From: a virus
Lineage: Duplodnaviria > Caudoviricetes
Reading direction: 5' to 3' (one strand)
DNA length: 34,843 nt
IMG/VR virus record: IMGVR_UViG_3300032301_000529
Location: 1 to 34,843 of that record
Part shown: positions 17,018 to 26,167 of the stretch, piece after piece
Layout: each line of letters begins with the position of its first letter
Numbering within the stretch: position 1 is the first letter of the stretch
Translations under genes and position numbers: made by a program
The notes under the pieces: model-generated
What the model was told of the DNA's origin: nothing
The model's input: only the letters and a program-made list of their open reading frames with translations
Database searches by the model: none

Positions 17018-17778
17018 AGTAAGCCTTCCTCTTCAAGAATGTGCAGGGCGTGAAATGCGCTCCTAGCCATCTGGCCGCGTTCGGTAAATATGACTGTCTC
17101 GGTATCTGCACACAGCAAATGGAAGGCGTTTTTGTTGTGAACGTTTAGGCATGGCCAGCTCGGCCCGGTGGATGTTCCGATTACGGCTTTTGCCTTGGCG
17201 GCAGTGGCTCCGATCCAAGTCACATTCTTGTTATCAAATGCCGGGCATAATCCAGTAGCGACTGTGCTGATTACCCGATGGCCCTTGCTAACTAGTTTAG
17301 ATACTAGGTTGCAAAAATCGTCGGGGTTAAAGTTTGTAAATTGACCAGACAGCCCTGGTGAATTTATCACGACGACGTCGCAGTCTGGCGCCATCGGAAT
17401 AAAAGAATCTAAAGCCGGATAGTCAAACAGGAGGTCATCTACTTTCCGAATCGGATTCTTGACGCACATCCTGCTGGCCAGTTCCTCAAACCAACATAGA
17501 TGAAATTTGGCAAAGTTTAATTTGTCGGGATGATGCTCCCAATATCCGCCTGCATTACGCCAAGAATCAATGCTATCGGCTGGCGCTTCGCTGATGGGTC
17601 GAATGCGTAGCCGTAAAGACATGTCGCTACGCAAGGCATCAATCTCCTCAAACTTGCACAGCTCTGGATTGTGATAGTGCGTGATCTCAATATCTGGATT
17701 TTGCAGGCATAACCGACGTAGAAAGTTTAACTGCACCAGGTTGTCGCCCAGGCGCAGTGCGTTGTGGGTGTGAATCAC
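17014..17778 (-). CDS. Probable GT-B glycosyltransferase (GT9/heptosyltransferase-like)
   Basis: N-terminal RLGDNL and C-terminal AKAVIGTSTGPSW, compared with GT9 xLGD and IGxDSGPxH. Confidence 0.65.
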   Translation of the reverse strand: MIHTHNALRLGDNLVQLNFLRRLCLQNPDIEITHYHNPELCKFEEIDALRSDMSLRLRIRPISEAPADSIDSWRNAGGYWEHHPDKLNFAKFHLCWFEELASRMCVKNPIRKVDDLLFDYPALDSFIPMAPDCDVVVINSPGLSGQFTNFNPDDFCNLVSKLVSKGHRVISTVATGLCPAFDNKNVTWIGATAAKAKAVIGTSTGPSWPCLNVHNKNAFHLLCADTETVIFTERGQMARSAFHALHILEEEGLL

Positions 17779-19460
17779 GGGTTGCGTTCCTTAAATATCT
17801 TTTCGCCCAGCTCGTAGTTTTCTTTGGCGTTGTGGCGTTTAAATTCCGCATCCTGCGCTGCGCCGGTGAAGAGCGGATTATTGTGAGTGAATACGATGTC
17901 CTTAGCGGGAATGATCACGCCATCGTATGCAGCCCTTTTAGAAAATTCGTTATCCGAGAATATGCCTGAGCATGCGTCATATTCAGCGGCAAACATGGCG
18001 CCCTGATCTTGCAGTCGTGCTTTAGTGAGGATTGCCATGCACAGCAGATCGTCTTTGCGGTGGCCGTCGGAAATCGCTAGCACCTTCGGCTTGCTGGTAT
18101 CGCCAATCCTATCGCTGATTATCTTGTCCCAATGTAGCGGAGGGTCCCAATCGTCAGAGCCTTGAATGATAATTTCACCGCGGGCTACTTCGGCCGCTCT
18201 GTTCCAAGCGGCAATACAACCGCCCTTGCCTTTTACGATTCCCCAATTTTTAAGCATGTCGGCTTTAGGGTCGTCATCGTCGACTGAGTAGATCCACTCG
18301 ACTGACGCTGGATCTGCCGCCTTTTTCATCCACAAGATGCGGGCGTTGATCGCTTCCTGTGGGCGGCCTCGCGTGGCATGGCAAACGGTAATCTTTACGG
18401 GCTTCTGTGCCCGCCACATGTTCTCGATCTTTTCTGCCTCGGCAGTATCGCCGACGGCTTTACATGCCGCAAGGTATAGATCGATGCACTCAAAGTCGTA
18501 GACAGTGCGCTGGGCGTTCCAGATCTTTACGCCCGGATCGGGCTGAACCATGGCCGATTTTAGCAAGTGATAAGCCTGCAACCACGCACCCACGCTGGCC
18601 TCTTCCCTGGCTAAATAGTAAATCGCCTCCCTTCGCCCAGGGTTCATCTGATGTGCCTTTTGGTATAAGCCGATTCTAACCGTGCGATCTTGCGTGGCTG
18701 TCGCCTGATTGCATGCGGCCTCATAAGCAAGCGTTGCCTCTTGCCCCGGCCAGACGGCCGCAACGTGTGACCACGGCTCTGATTCTGTCCTGCGATTACC
18801 TAGGAAAAGTTCCTGCTGGTAGTAGTAGGCATACTTGCCTGCCTCGCTTAACTGACCCTGCAAAATGCGGAGATTGCGATCGGCGCTACCCGCCTTGTAT
18901 CCGCCGGGGTGATGCTCCACCCATACCGTCTGCTCGCCGACAGATTCTAGCCCAGCATTAGGCAACAGCGCCTCATGCACTGCATAGTTCCACCTCCCAG
19001 ACCATACGCCATCTATACGCCGCACCATGCGCTCACGTACTGGCCTTAATTTGGCGTTTATAACGTCATAGACGCCCGCGTAGATGCCGAGCTTGGGATT
19101 CTGCTCAAACGCTTCCACGCCCCTTTTAAGAGCGTTTTTGAGGTCTTTATGCGGCAAGTCATCGCAATCCACCCATACCGCATATTCGCTAGTGCAGGCA
19201 TCCAGTGCTGTGTTGCGGGCAGCAGCAAAGTTATCGACGTGCGGCCAGCTCGCCCCTGCCGGTGCGTTTTTATATTCAACTATCTTTGCCCCTGACTTTT
19301 CAGCGATTGCGCGCGTGCCATCGTCAGGTCGTCCGCCCTGGGCAATACAGACCACTAGCTCGTCACAGAATGGTTTAAAGGCGGTAAGGCAGCGGTCGAT
19401 AAATTGGGCCTCGTGCCCGGCGATCATGTAGATGGAGATTTTAGGATTTCGAGTGGCCAT
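17775..19460 (-). CDS. GT2-TPR-GT2 glycosyltransferase
   Basis: ISIYMIA..EAQFIDRCL, DDGT, NFAAARN, WVDCDD, VHE (SunS/flagellin-GT type); TPR helices; second GT-A domain with HATRGRP, SVDDDD, AAWN, GSDDW, SDNEF. Confidence 0.88.
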   Translation of the reverse strand: MATRNPKISIYMIAGHEAQFIDRCLTAFKPFCDELVVCIAQGGRPDDGTRAIAEKSGAKIVEYKNAPAGASWPHVDNFAAARNTALDACTSEYAVWVDCDDLPHKDLKNALKRGVEAFEQNPKLGIYAGVYDVINAKLRPVRERMVRRIDGVWSGRWNYAVHEALLPNAGLESVGEQTVWVEHHPGGYKAGSADRNLRILQGQLSEAGKYAYYYQQELFLGNRRTESEPWSHVAAVWPGQEATLAYEAACNQATATQDRTVRIGLYQKAHQMNPGRREAIYYLAREEASVGAWLQAYHLLKSAMVQPDPGVKIWNAQRTVYDFECIDLYLAACKAVGDTAEAEKIENMWRAQKPVKITVCHATRGRPQEAINARILWMKKAADPASVEWIYSVDDDDPKADMLKNWGIVKGKGGCIAAWNRAAEVARGEIIIQGSDDWDPPLHWDKIISDRIGDTSKPKVLAISDGHRKDDLLCMAILTKARLQDQGAMFAAEYDACSGIFSDNEFSKRAAYDGVIIPAKDIVFTHNNPLFTGAAQDAEFKRHNAKENYELGEKIFKERNP

Positions 19461-19461
19461 T

Positions 19462-19761
19462 CTAAACCTCTCGCAACCCGAGCACGTAACTGCCGATAGA
19501 AGTATCAATCGACGCCACCCGATAGCTGACTGAGTTGGCCAGCAGAATAGACCCGATGGTGGGAGCCGATGAGATGGCGCTCACGTCGATGGTAAAGGTG
19601 GAGTTTAAATCCAGATCAAACCCGCCCAGTTCCACGGTTTCTTTGCGGGTGATTGTTGAAAGGATACCAGTGACGCCAGTAGAACCAATAGTGGCCGCTG
19701 TGCCAGTTTGAGTATAAAGAGCGGCCAGACTTTCTTTCAACGCTTCTGTGAATTCAGACAT
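19462..19761 (-). CDS. Head-tail joining/closure protein (lambda FII-like)
   Basis: 99 aa beta protein directly after the capsid gene; PTIGSIL..SYRV pattern. Confidence 0.65.
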   Translation of the reverse strand: MSEFTEALKESLAALYTQTGTAATIGSTGVTGILSTITRKETVELGGFDLDLNSTFTIDVSAISSAPTIGSILLANSVSYRVASIDTSIGSYVLGLREV

Positions 19762-19781
19762 GAGGATTTCTTAAAGTGGAA

Positions 19782-19811
19782 AGGGCGGTGAGCCTTTCAG
19801 CCCACCGCCCT
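19782..19811 (-). terminator. Stem-loop after the capsid gene
   Basis: AGGGCGGTGGGC-TGAAAG-GCTCACCGCCCT then TTCCACTTT; the one non-Watson-Crick pair is G-U only on the minus strand. Confidence 0.7.
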
Positions 19812-19822
19812 CCCCGAGTGAA

Positions 19823-20713
19823 TTAGCTACCGTTGATACGAACCAAGCTCGCGGGCTCTCCGGCTTTCACGCCGTAGATCAGGGCGTAGGTGCGTTGGAG
19901 CATGCCCTTGACCACGTCGTAGTTCTCACGAACTTGGACGGATAGGCCAGTGCGGGGTTCCGTCACAACCGAGATGTCTCCAGGAATGGGGACTCCCGTT
20001 GGTACTTCCGGAACGCGGGCCGCGATCAACAAGGCTTCCTGCTGGGCGAAGAATCCGCCGAGCGTGATGCTGTTTCCGGGGACTGCGCTGTACTGGTTGA
20101 TGTTGAATCCAGCCACGTTGCCGATCCCAGCCGTGCGAACGAGGTCGCCGGTGATCTGAGGATTGGCCACGACGGTCGTATCATTCAAGAGTGCGCCGTA
20201 GAAGCTGGGGTTAAGAACAGCGTACCGGCCGTTGACCGGCACGTTGCTGTTGTTGAGGGTGATTCCGGCCGACACTACCGAGCGGTAGGAGAAGGCGCTG
20301 GAAGCAACCGTCAATGCGCTGGTGAAGGTGGAGGAAGTCACGAGAGCGAGCAAATCTCCAACCATCTGCAATCCGAGCGCGTGCGCGGCTGCGCCGGCGA
20401 AACGCTCGATCAGGTTGATGTTGGAGCTGGTGCGCTCTTGATCGTCGACAGAGTAGGAAACGTGCTTGAACTTGTTGAGGGTGATCTGCACGTCCGTCTG
20501 GGTTGTCGCAGTCGCTACATAGCCGTTTGCCTGCGAGTAGTCCTGAGCGGTCGTCGCAGAGATACGGTGGGTAAAGACTGAGGCGTTGTATTTAGCGGCT
20601 TCAGAGCTGAAGTCCGTTACTGATGCGCGAAGGAACGAATAATCCGCCACGAGGATCTCAAGAGCCCTCTGTGCGATTACGTTCGCATTCGTTGTTCCGA
20701 TTGTGTTGGCCAT
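19823..20713 (-). CDS. Major capsid protein (HK97 fold, P22-coat-like)
   Basis: 296 aa; QITLNKFKHV, VPVNGRYAVLNP, GNVAGFNI, IYGVK; AGGAG SD. Confidence 0.85.
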   Translation of the reverse strand: MANTIGTTNANVIAQRALEILVADYSFLRASVTDFSSEAAKYNASVFTHRISATTAQDYSQANGYVATATTQTDVQITLNKFKHVSYSVDDQERTSSNINLIERFAGAAAHALGLQMVGDLLALVTSSTFTSALTVASSAFSYRSVVSAGITLNNSNVPVNGRYAVLNPSFYGALLNDTTVVANPQITGDLVRTAGIGNVAGFNINQYSAVPGNSITLGGFFAQQEALLIAARVPEVPTGVPIPGDISVVTEPRTGLSVQVRENYDVVKGMLQRTYALIYGVKAGEPASLVRINGS

Positions 20714-20737
20714 TGTAGTGTTCTCCTGTGGACTGGC

Positions 20738-21637
20738 TTACAGTCCGAGTTTGCGGAGCAGTTCCGACCGACGGGTCGGATTCTTTTCCGCGTTGAATTG
20801 TGTAAGGATCTCAGCCCGGCCGAGCGGTTGGCTCGATTCAGCGGGAACCGCCACTGCGCCAGCAGCGTCGGACTTGGCTTTTTCCAAAGTGGTCACGGCC
20901 TTGTCGTCGGCCTTGGACATTTCTTCTTTTTTGTAACCCATCTCCTCGTCATCTTCGTCCTCTTCGATCTTGGGAGTCAGCATGCCGATTAGTTTGGTCA
21001 ACATGGCCGCGATGTCGGTCAGAGTAGGCTCGGCCATCTTCTGCTCGTCCTTTTTCTCTTCGGGCATTTCAGCCAGTTCGGCTTTCGGTGCTTCGACAAC
21101 AGCGGGAGTTTCAACGGCAGGAGCTTCGGGTGCGGCAACTGCCACAACGGCAGGCTCGCTCAGCTCCTTTTTGACTTCGACGGGTGCTTCGTTCATTTGC
21201 AGTTTTTTCATGTCAACTGCTGAGAAGGCAGAAAACATTCCTGCGGGATTGGCGGCCGGCTCAGAAACGATTGAGCAGTCATAGATCTCAGTCACTCGGG
21301 CAAAGCGTTCCGCCCCCATGATCTCAGGCACGCCGCTAAAGGTAAGGGATATGCCAAAGCCTTCGGGCAGGACTTGGGCCAGCTGCTCGACAAACTGCGC
21401 CTCGTTAGTGTTAAAGAGGTTTAGATCGCCCAATAGGCGGTCGCCTTTGATTGAAAAATTATCGATGTAACCAAGGATGCCGGTGACGGGCGCGCCGTGG
21501 CCCATGGTCACTTTGATCCGCTTCATGCTTTGCGCCACTTTGAGCGCTTGCTCGAGCGAGGTTTGGTCGATCTTGAGGTTGTGGCCCCTAGCCTCTCCAA
21601 CCGTTAAAATAGAAACGCTGTTTAATTTGTTGGCCAT
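20738..21637 (-). CDS. Prohead protease/scaffold protein
   Basis: GEARGH...MGH...GISL...IVSEPAANPAGMFS protease-like domain, then an acidic A/P/E/K-rich scaffold; likely start MANKL at 21637. Confidence 0.78.
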   Translation of the reverse strand: MANKLNSVSILTVGEARGHNLKIDQTSLEQALKVAQSMKRIKVTMGHGAPVTGILGYIDNFSIKGDRLLGDLNLFNTNEAQFVEQLAQVLPEGFGISLTFSGVPEIMGAERFARVTEIYDCSIVSEPAANPAGMFSAFSAVDMKKLQMNEAPVEVKKELSEPAVVAVAAPEAPAVETPAVVEAPKAELAEMPEEKKDEQKMAEPTLTDIAAMLTKLIGMLTPKIEEDEDDEEMGYKKEEMSKADDKAVTTLEKAKSDAAGAVAVPAESSQPLGRAEILTQFNAEKNPTRRSELLRKLGL

Positions 21638-21660
21638 ATAGGCCGGAGCGAACGTCAACT

Positions 21661-24123
21661 TTAGAGCAGATCGCCGTCAGCTTCACGGTAGCTTTTCTTT
21701 ACCTCGCCGCCGCCTGCCATCTTTAAGAATTTGTTTACCCTAGCAATCGCCCAGGCTGTCCGGCTGTTTGGCCTTCCCCCGCTGATTGTTGGCCTGAAGC
21801 TGGTTGAGAAAGCGCCAGCACCCCTGCGAAAAACTTTCTTGAGTGCCCCTAGGGTGGGAGCCTTGCGATTGGGGTGGCGCTTTTTAAAGTCGGCTATTTT
21901 GTTTTTCAAAGTTTCTTCAACGGCTTCGCTGATCTCGATATCCCCTGCCTTTGACCTAGTAGAAGCTGTGCCGGCTGGGTTCGTATCGCTACCTTTCTTG
22001 CGTTCGCTTGCTGGCGCGGGTGTTTGGCTGGCTGACTTCGGCCCCGGCCGGGCCGCCATCTCGCGGGCGATCCGGCGCATCTGTACCGCTGCCCAGCTCT
22101 GAGCAGCATCGCCACCCCATAGCGCCCAAGCTATCCGGCCTGCCGATGGGAATCCCGGTTCACCAGGACTAAAGCCTTCCCCTTTTTTATCCACTTCATG
22201 CCTCGCTAGGTATGAGCTGATGCGGGCGATTGTCTCATCTGGAAAGTCTACGTTATTGATTATATCGCGTGCCCTAGCCACGCCGACTTCAGTCCCTCCC
22301 CGCTTGTATTCCCTACGCCACTCTAGCCCCTTTTTGGCTTCGGCAATCATGCCGGCCGTGGGTTTAGCTAATTCTATTTTTTCTTTTTTTTTAAGCCCGA
22401 TTGCGCTTGCGATCATGTCTAGTTCTTTGTCGCTGAGCTTGTAGTCGGGATCGTCCCTCATGGTGAAAGATTCTGTTTGTGGTTTGGCGGATAGTTTCAT
22501 CTGCCTAGCACAAACGGCTGCCCTTTGATCGTTTTCTGGAAACTCGGACACCATTGTTGGATTACCCATGCACCTTTCCATAAACTTATCATCAGTCTCG
22601 CCTGCGTTTTGTGTTGGCAAATCTAGCTCAACCCTTGCGCTTAGTTCCGCATCTGGCCCAGCGTTCGGATCTTTCTCGGGATTAACTGGCGTGGGTTCGT
22701 CGATTGCGGGGGCTTCTTTGACTACTTCCACCGGGGCCGCCACGTCGGTCTGTGGTGCCACTGTTCCAATCGACGCAACAAACTCACGCTCTTTAGCGAT
22801 CTGTCTAACCTGCTCTTCCCAATCTTGACCGAGTTCGCCAAAGTAATCCTGCAAGCTGGATAAGCCCGCCTTGTAGTCCTCGCGTGCCTGCATTGCCTCA
22901 CGCCCCGCGTCTACGGTCAGCGACTTTGGAGTCTGCCACGTAACCTTTGCGTAGTCATCGACGGCCGGTAGGTCGCCGTTGGCAATCGCTCCGCCGATGA
23001 AGTAGCGCCATGCGCGATTACAAAATCTATCGATGAGTAGGCGTTGCCGTTGTTCAAATCTACGCTGCGCCTTGGCTACAATAAACCGCATCCCTGCCCC
23101 GCCGACGCTTGCTGGGTCGTAAACGAATTCAACAGGCAAGCCTAGGCCCATGGCCACGTCACGAATGAGGAACTTGGCAAACGGCTCAAAGCCTGCGTGG
23201 GGCCGATTAGGCCCAATCATCTCAATCTTTTCGCCAGGTGAAAGGCGTGGGATGGTTGCCGAGCTGGTGATCTCCTCGCGTGCGATTGTCGGTTCGCCGG
23301 TGTCTTGAGCCTGCACGGTTCCAAAGAATCCGCCCTGCCCAGCCAGCTCGTCGCCTTGGTCGGTGGTGATGACGGCCGCAATCGATCCCTGCAATTTCAA
23401 TGCGTCCTTTTCAAACTCGCCTAGCATCTTTAAATCACGGACGTGGTTTAATGCGCGAGCAAGCGAAGATCCTCCGCGAATCTGATCAGGCCGTTCTAGT
23501 TCCATCAAATGAATGACGGTGTCTGCGCCCAGCTTGCGATACAGCTCGCCCGTTTGGACTAAGTATCCAGTAGGCTCGCCGAGCTTGCCGAGGAACACGC
23601 CATCCGATGTTCCGTAGTCATCCCCCTCGCAAACGCGGTGGCCTTCCACAATCTGTAGCTTTCCCTTTTCCGTCATGATTACAAACACGTCGCCGTCCAC
23701 GTCGATCGATCGCGATAGCGCCAGCAGCATGTCTGTCCAGGTCATGCGCCCCGTAACTTCGGGCGATGGCACTACCACGTCGCGCCAGTATTCCTCACAG
23801 AGTCTGCCAAAGTCTTGGTTAGCTCCGCGATACTGCGGCCGGAGTCCTGGCCCGATCGAATAGGTGGCGATGGAATCCACCGCGCCTTTAATCAGCCCCA
23901 CGTTGCGATACATGTGCCGAGCGAGCTTGAGCAGCTCAACCCGTGTCGCTTCGTTTAGATCTAGCCGTGAATCGCGGGCGTGGGCGCCATAGATGACGGG
24001 ACGCTTACGGGAAAAGCCTGCGCCCTCGTAAGGTTGAAACGTGCTGATGCCAGCACCGAATCCAGCTCCGAACGCTTTGATCCCTGCCCCCATCCGAGCC
24101 ACGAGTGAAAGTTTTTGTGCCAT
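21661..24123 (-). CDS. Lambda-family portal protein with a long C-terminal extension
   Basis: ARHMYRN...IGPGLRPQ...DGDVF...QIRG...VDAGRE; about 370 extra C-terminal residues. Confidence 0.9.
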   Translation of the reverse strand: MAQKLSLVARMGAGIKAFGAGFGAGISTFQPYEGAGFSRKRPVIYGAHARDSRLDLNEATRVELLKLARHMYRNVGLIKGAVDSIATYSIGPGLRPQYRGANQDFGRLCEEYWRDVVVPSPEVTGRMTWTDMLLALSRSIDVDGDVFVIMTEKGKLQIVEGHRVCEGDDYGTSDGVFLGKLGEPTGYLVQTGELYRKLGADTVIHLMELERPDQIRGGSSLARALNHVRDLKMLGEFEKDALKLQGSIAAVITTDQGDELAGQGGFFGTVQAQDTGEPTIAREEITSSATIPRLSPGEKIEMIGPNRPHAGFEPFAKFLIRDVAMGLGLPVEFVYDPASVGGAGMRFIVAKAQRRFEQRQRLLIDRFCNRAWRYFIGGAIANGDLPAVDDYAKVTWQTPKSLTVDAGREAMQAREDYKAGLSSLQDYFGELGQDWEEQVRQIAKEREFVASIGTVAPQTDVAAPVEVVKEAPAIDEPTPVNPEKDPNAGPDAELSARVELDLPTQNAGETDDKFMERCMGNPTMVSEFPENDQRAAVCARQMKLSAKPQTESFTMRDDPDYKLSDKELDMIASAIGLKKKEKIELAKPTAGMIAEAKKGLEWRREYKRGGTEVGVARARDIINNVDFPDETIARISSYLARHEVDKKGEGFSPGEPGFPSAGRIAWALWGGDAAQSWAAVQMRRIAREMAARPGPKSASQTPAPASERKKGSDTNPAGTASTRSKAGDIEISEAVEETLKNKIADFKKRHPNRKAPTLGALKKVFRRGAGAFSTSFRPTISGGRPNSRTAWAIARVNKFLKMAGGGEVKKSYREADGDLL

Positions 24124-24125
24124 AA

Positions 24126-24419
24126 TCAGCTATCCAGAATGTAAGAAAATGAGGCGCTGGTGCGTGTGACCTGTACGCCATTTAGGTAATCAATTGCGGC
24201 CTGAAATAACTCAACCCGTTCAGTTGGTTTAAGATCGATCTGGAAGCTGGCCGACTGCCCGCCCGCTGAAGATCCAACCAGTGCACGGCCTGATGCTGCG
24301 CCCGTCATTGCCGCGTTGCGGTCAGTGGCAAGGTTGGTCAGGGCGCTTGCGGTAACTCCGGAGGCTTGTGCCAAGTAGTTCGTCGCAACTGCCCGCGTAA
24401 GTCTGCGGGAAATAGCCAT
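24126..24419 (-). CDS. Head completion protein (lambda gpW position)
   Basis: Small gene between terL and portal; TTGACAC box upstream. Confidence 0.65.
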   Translation of the reverse strand: MAISRRLTRAVATNYLAQASGVTASALTNLATDRNAAMTGAASGRALVGSSAGGQSASFQIDLKPTERVELFQAAIDYLNGVQVTRTSASFSYILDS

Positions 24420-26167
24420 CACGTCGCCACGGGTGTCAACGATTCCTCGTCCAGTGAAGCGGTCGGCCTAATGACTTTTCCGTACACGGCAAAGCCAGCC
24501 AAGTATGTTTCGCAATCATACAAGTGATCTTGCCTGCTTTTGATCCGTATCCATTCGTAATGATCGCGCCCTGTTTTGCGGTTAATCCGATGCACCTTTT
24601 TGTGGCTGCTCATGTGCTCGCGATAGTCCGGGCTTACATCATGCGCAATTTCCCAGCGTGGCCCCTGCCCTCGTCGCAACCATGCCAGCAGATCCTGACA
24701 GGCTGGCGAGCTGAGTAGCAGAAGCATGCAGCCCGCGTCGGTGGGTTGTTCGGCCGAGTGTACTGACTTCATCCGACCGCGTGGCGTTTCGATCCAATAG
24801 GCAGGACGCTCTTCGCCCTTTAATGCAGTCCATTTATAGCGAGCACAGATTCGATAGGAGTCTTGAGTCTCGTATCCGCTATCCATCGCCGTGTGCTTGG
24901 GTTGAACGCCTAGCGTGTGCAAGTGTTGCGCCACGTCCTCGATCGTTCGTGCCCGGCCTTCGTCGATCAACCTGCTCGTTCCATCTCTGGCGAACGCCCT
25001 AACCACGAACCAGTACTCGTCGATCTGTCTGTCTATGGCTGCCAGCTTAATATGTTCCGTTTCCCAATCCTGCTTTTTCGCAAATGCGCCGGCGGGAATG
25101 TCGATTGTTTTATCGTCATCAAACTGATCCTCCCACGGCATCGCGCTCCATCCGTTCACGAATCCCTGCAAGCCGTGCAGATAATGTTTTTGAGTTAGGA
25201 ACTGTTTGGCGCAGTCGGCGAAGGTGACGGTGGGCGAGTACCAACTAGGCAGTCGCATGCTTCGCCTTCCGCGTTCTGCGTTTGGATTCGCTGCCACCCA
25301 CTTGCCCTGCTCAACGGCTGAGCGCCTGTGGCCCTCAGTCCACGGCTCGTTGCACTTCGTGCAATGGTAAGCGGCCGTCTCTCCCACTTTCTGTAAGTCC
25401 CATTTGCCGTCAGGATTGCGTGCGCTATCCGCCCAACGCACTTGCCCAAACTCCATCGCCTGAAATTCTCCGCAAGCGTGGCAAGGGACGTGGAAAGTTT
25501 CCTGAGTTCCCGCCTGATAGTTCTGCCAAATATCGCCCGTGCTTAACGTCGGCGTGCTAGTCAGCACGTGCTTGCGGTTCGGGAAAGCCTTTGTGCGTTC
25601 CAGCGCCAGATTGTAAGCGGCCGCCTCGCGTTCGGTCGGTGGGGCAAACTTGTCCAGCTCGTCCAGCACTGCAATGCAGATCGGACGTGAGCTGATGTTG
25701 GCCGGGCTATTCGATCCAACCAGGCTGAGAGTCATACTGGTAAATTGCATCTCTAATATTTTAAAATCGTCGCTATCGAATGGAAACAGCGCCCGCACCG
25801 GCTTGCACTTCTCAAAGATCGGAGTCAGTCGCGTTTCGCTGTAGCTCCTAGCCAGATCCGCGTTAGGCATTACGAGCAGTGCCGGCGCTGGGTCGTTGGC
25901 GATTCTATACGCCAGCCAGATGGCCAGCGTCAGTGTCTTGCCTGTCTGTGATCCCCAGCAAAGGCTTACGGTATGGACGCCCGGATCGGCCAGCGCCTCA
26001 AGTACGCCCGCCACGTAAGGCGTGTACTTGGTTGAGTAAAGACCTGGGCGAGCGGTGATTCTGCTATCTAGCTGGATGTTCTTTTCGGCCCACTCGATGA
26101 CGGACGGCGGTGGCTCAAAGTTCCAGCGGTCGCGTTCGCGTTTAAGTAGCTGTTCGGCCGCCTTCAC
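24419..26167 (-). CDS. terL: Terminase large subunit, lambda GpA family
   Basis: GSQTGKT Walker A, AVLDELD Walker B, STPT, CHAC/CTKC, DHLYDCETY. Confidence 0.93.
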   Translation of the reverse strand: MKAAEQLLKRERDRWNFEPPPSVIEWAEKNIQLDSRITARPGLYSTKYTPYVAGVLEALADPGVHTVSLCWGSQTGKTLTLAIWLAYRIANDPAPALLVMPNADLARSYSETRLTPIFEKCKPVRALFPFDSDDFKILEMQFTSMTLSLVGSNSPANISSRPICIAVLDELDKFAPPTEREAAAYNLALERTKAFPNRKHVLTSTPTLSTGDIWQNYQAGTQETFHVPCHACGEFQAMEFGQVRWADSARNPDGKWDLQKVGETAAYHCTKCNEPWTEGHRRSAVEQGKWVAANPNAERGRRSMRLPSWYSPTVTFADCAKQFLTQKHYLHGLQGFVNGWSAMPWEDQFDDDKTIDIPAGAFAKKQDWETEHIKLAAIDRQIDEYWFVVRAFARDGTSRLIDEGRARTIEDVAQHLHTLGVQPKHTAMDSGYETQDSYRICARYKWTALKGEERPAYWIETPRGRMKSVHSAEQPTDAGCMLLLLSSPACQDLLAWLRRGQGPRWEIAHDVSPDYREHMSSHKKVHRINRKTGRDHYEWIRIKSRQDHLYDCETYLAGFAVYGKVIRPTASLDEESLTPVAT

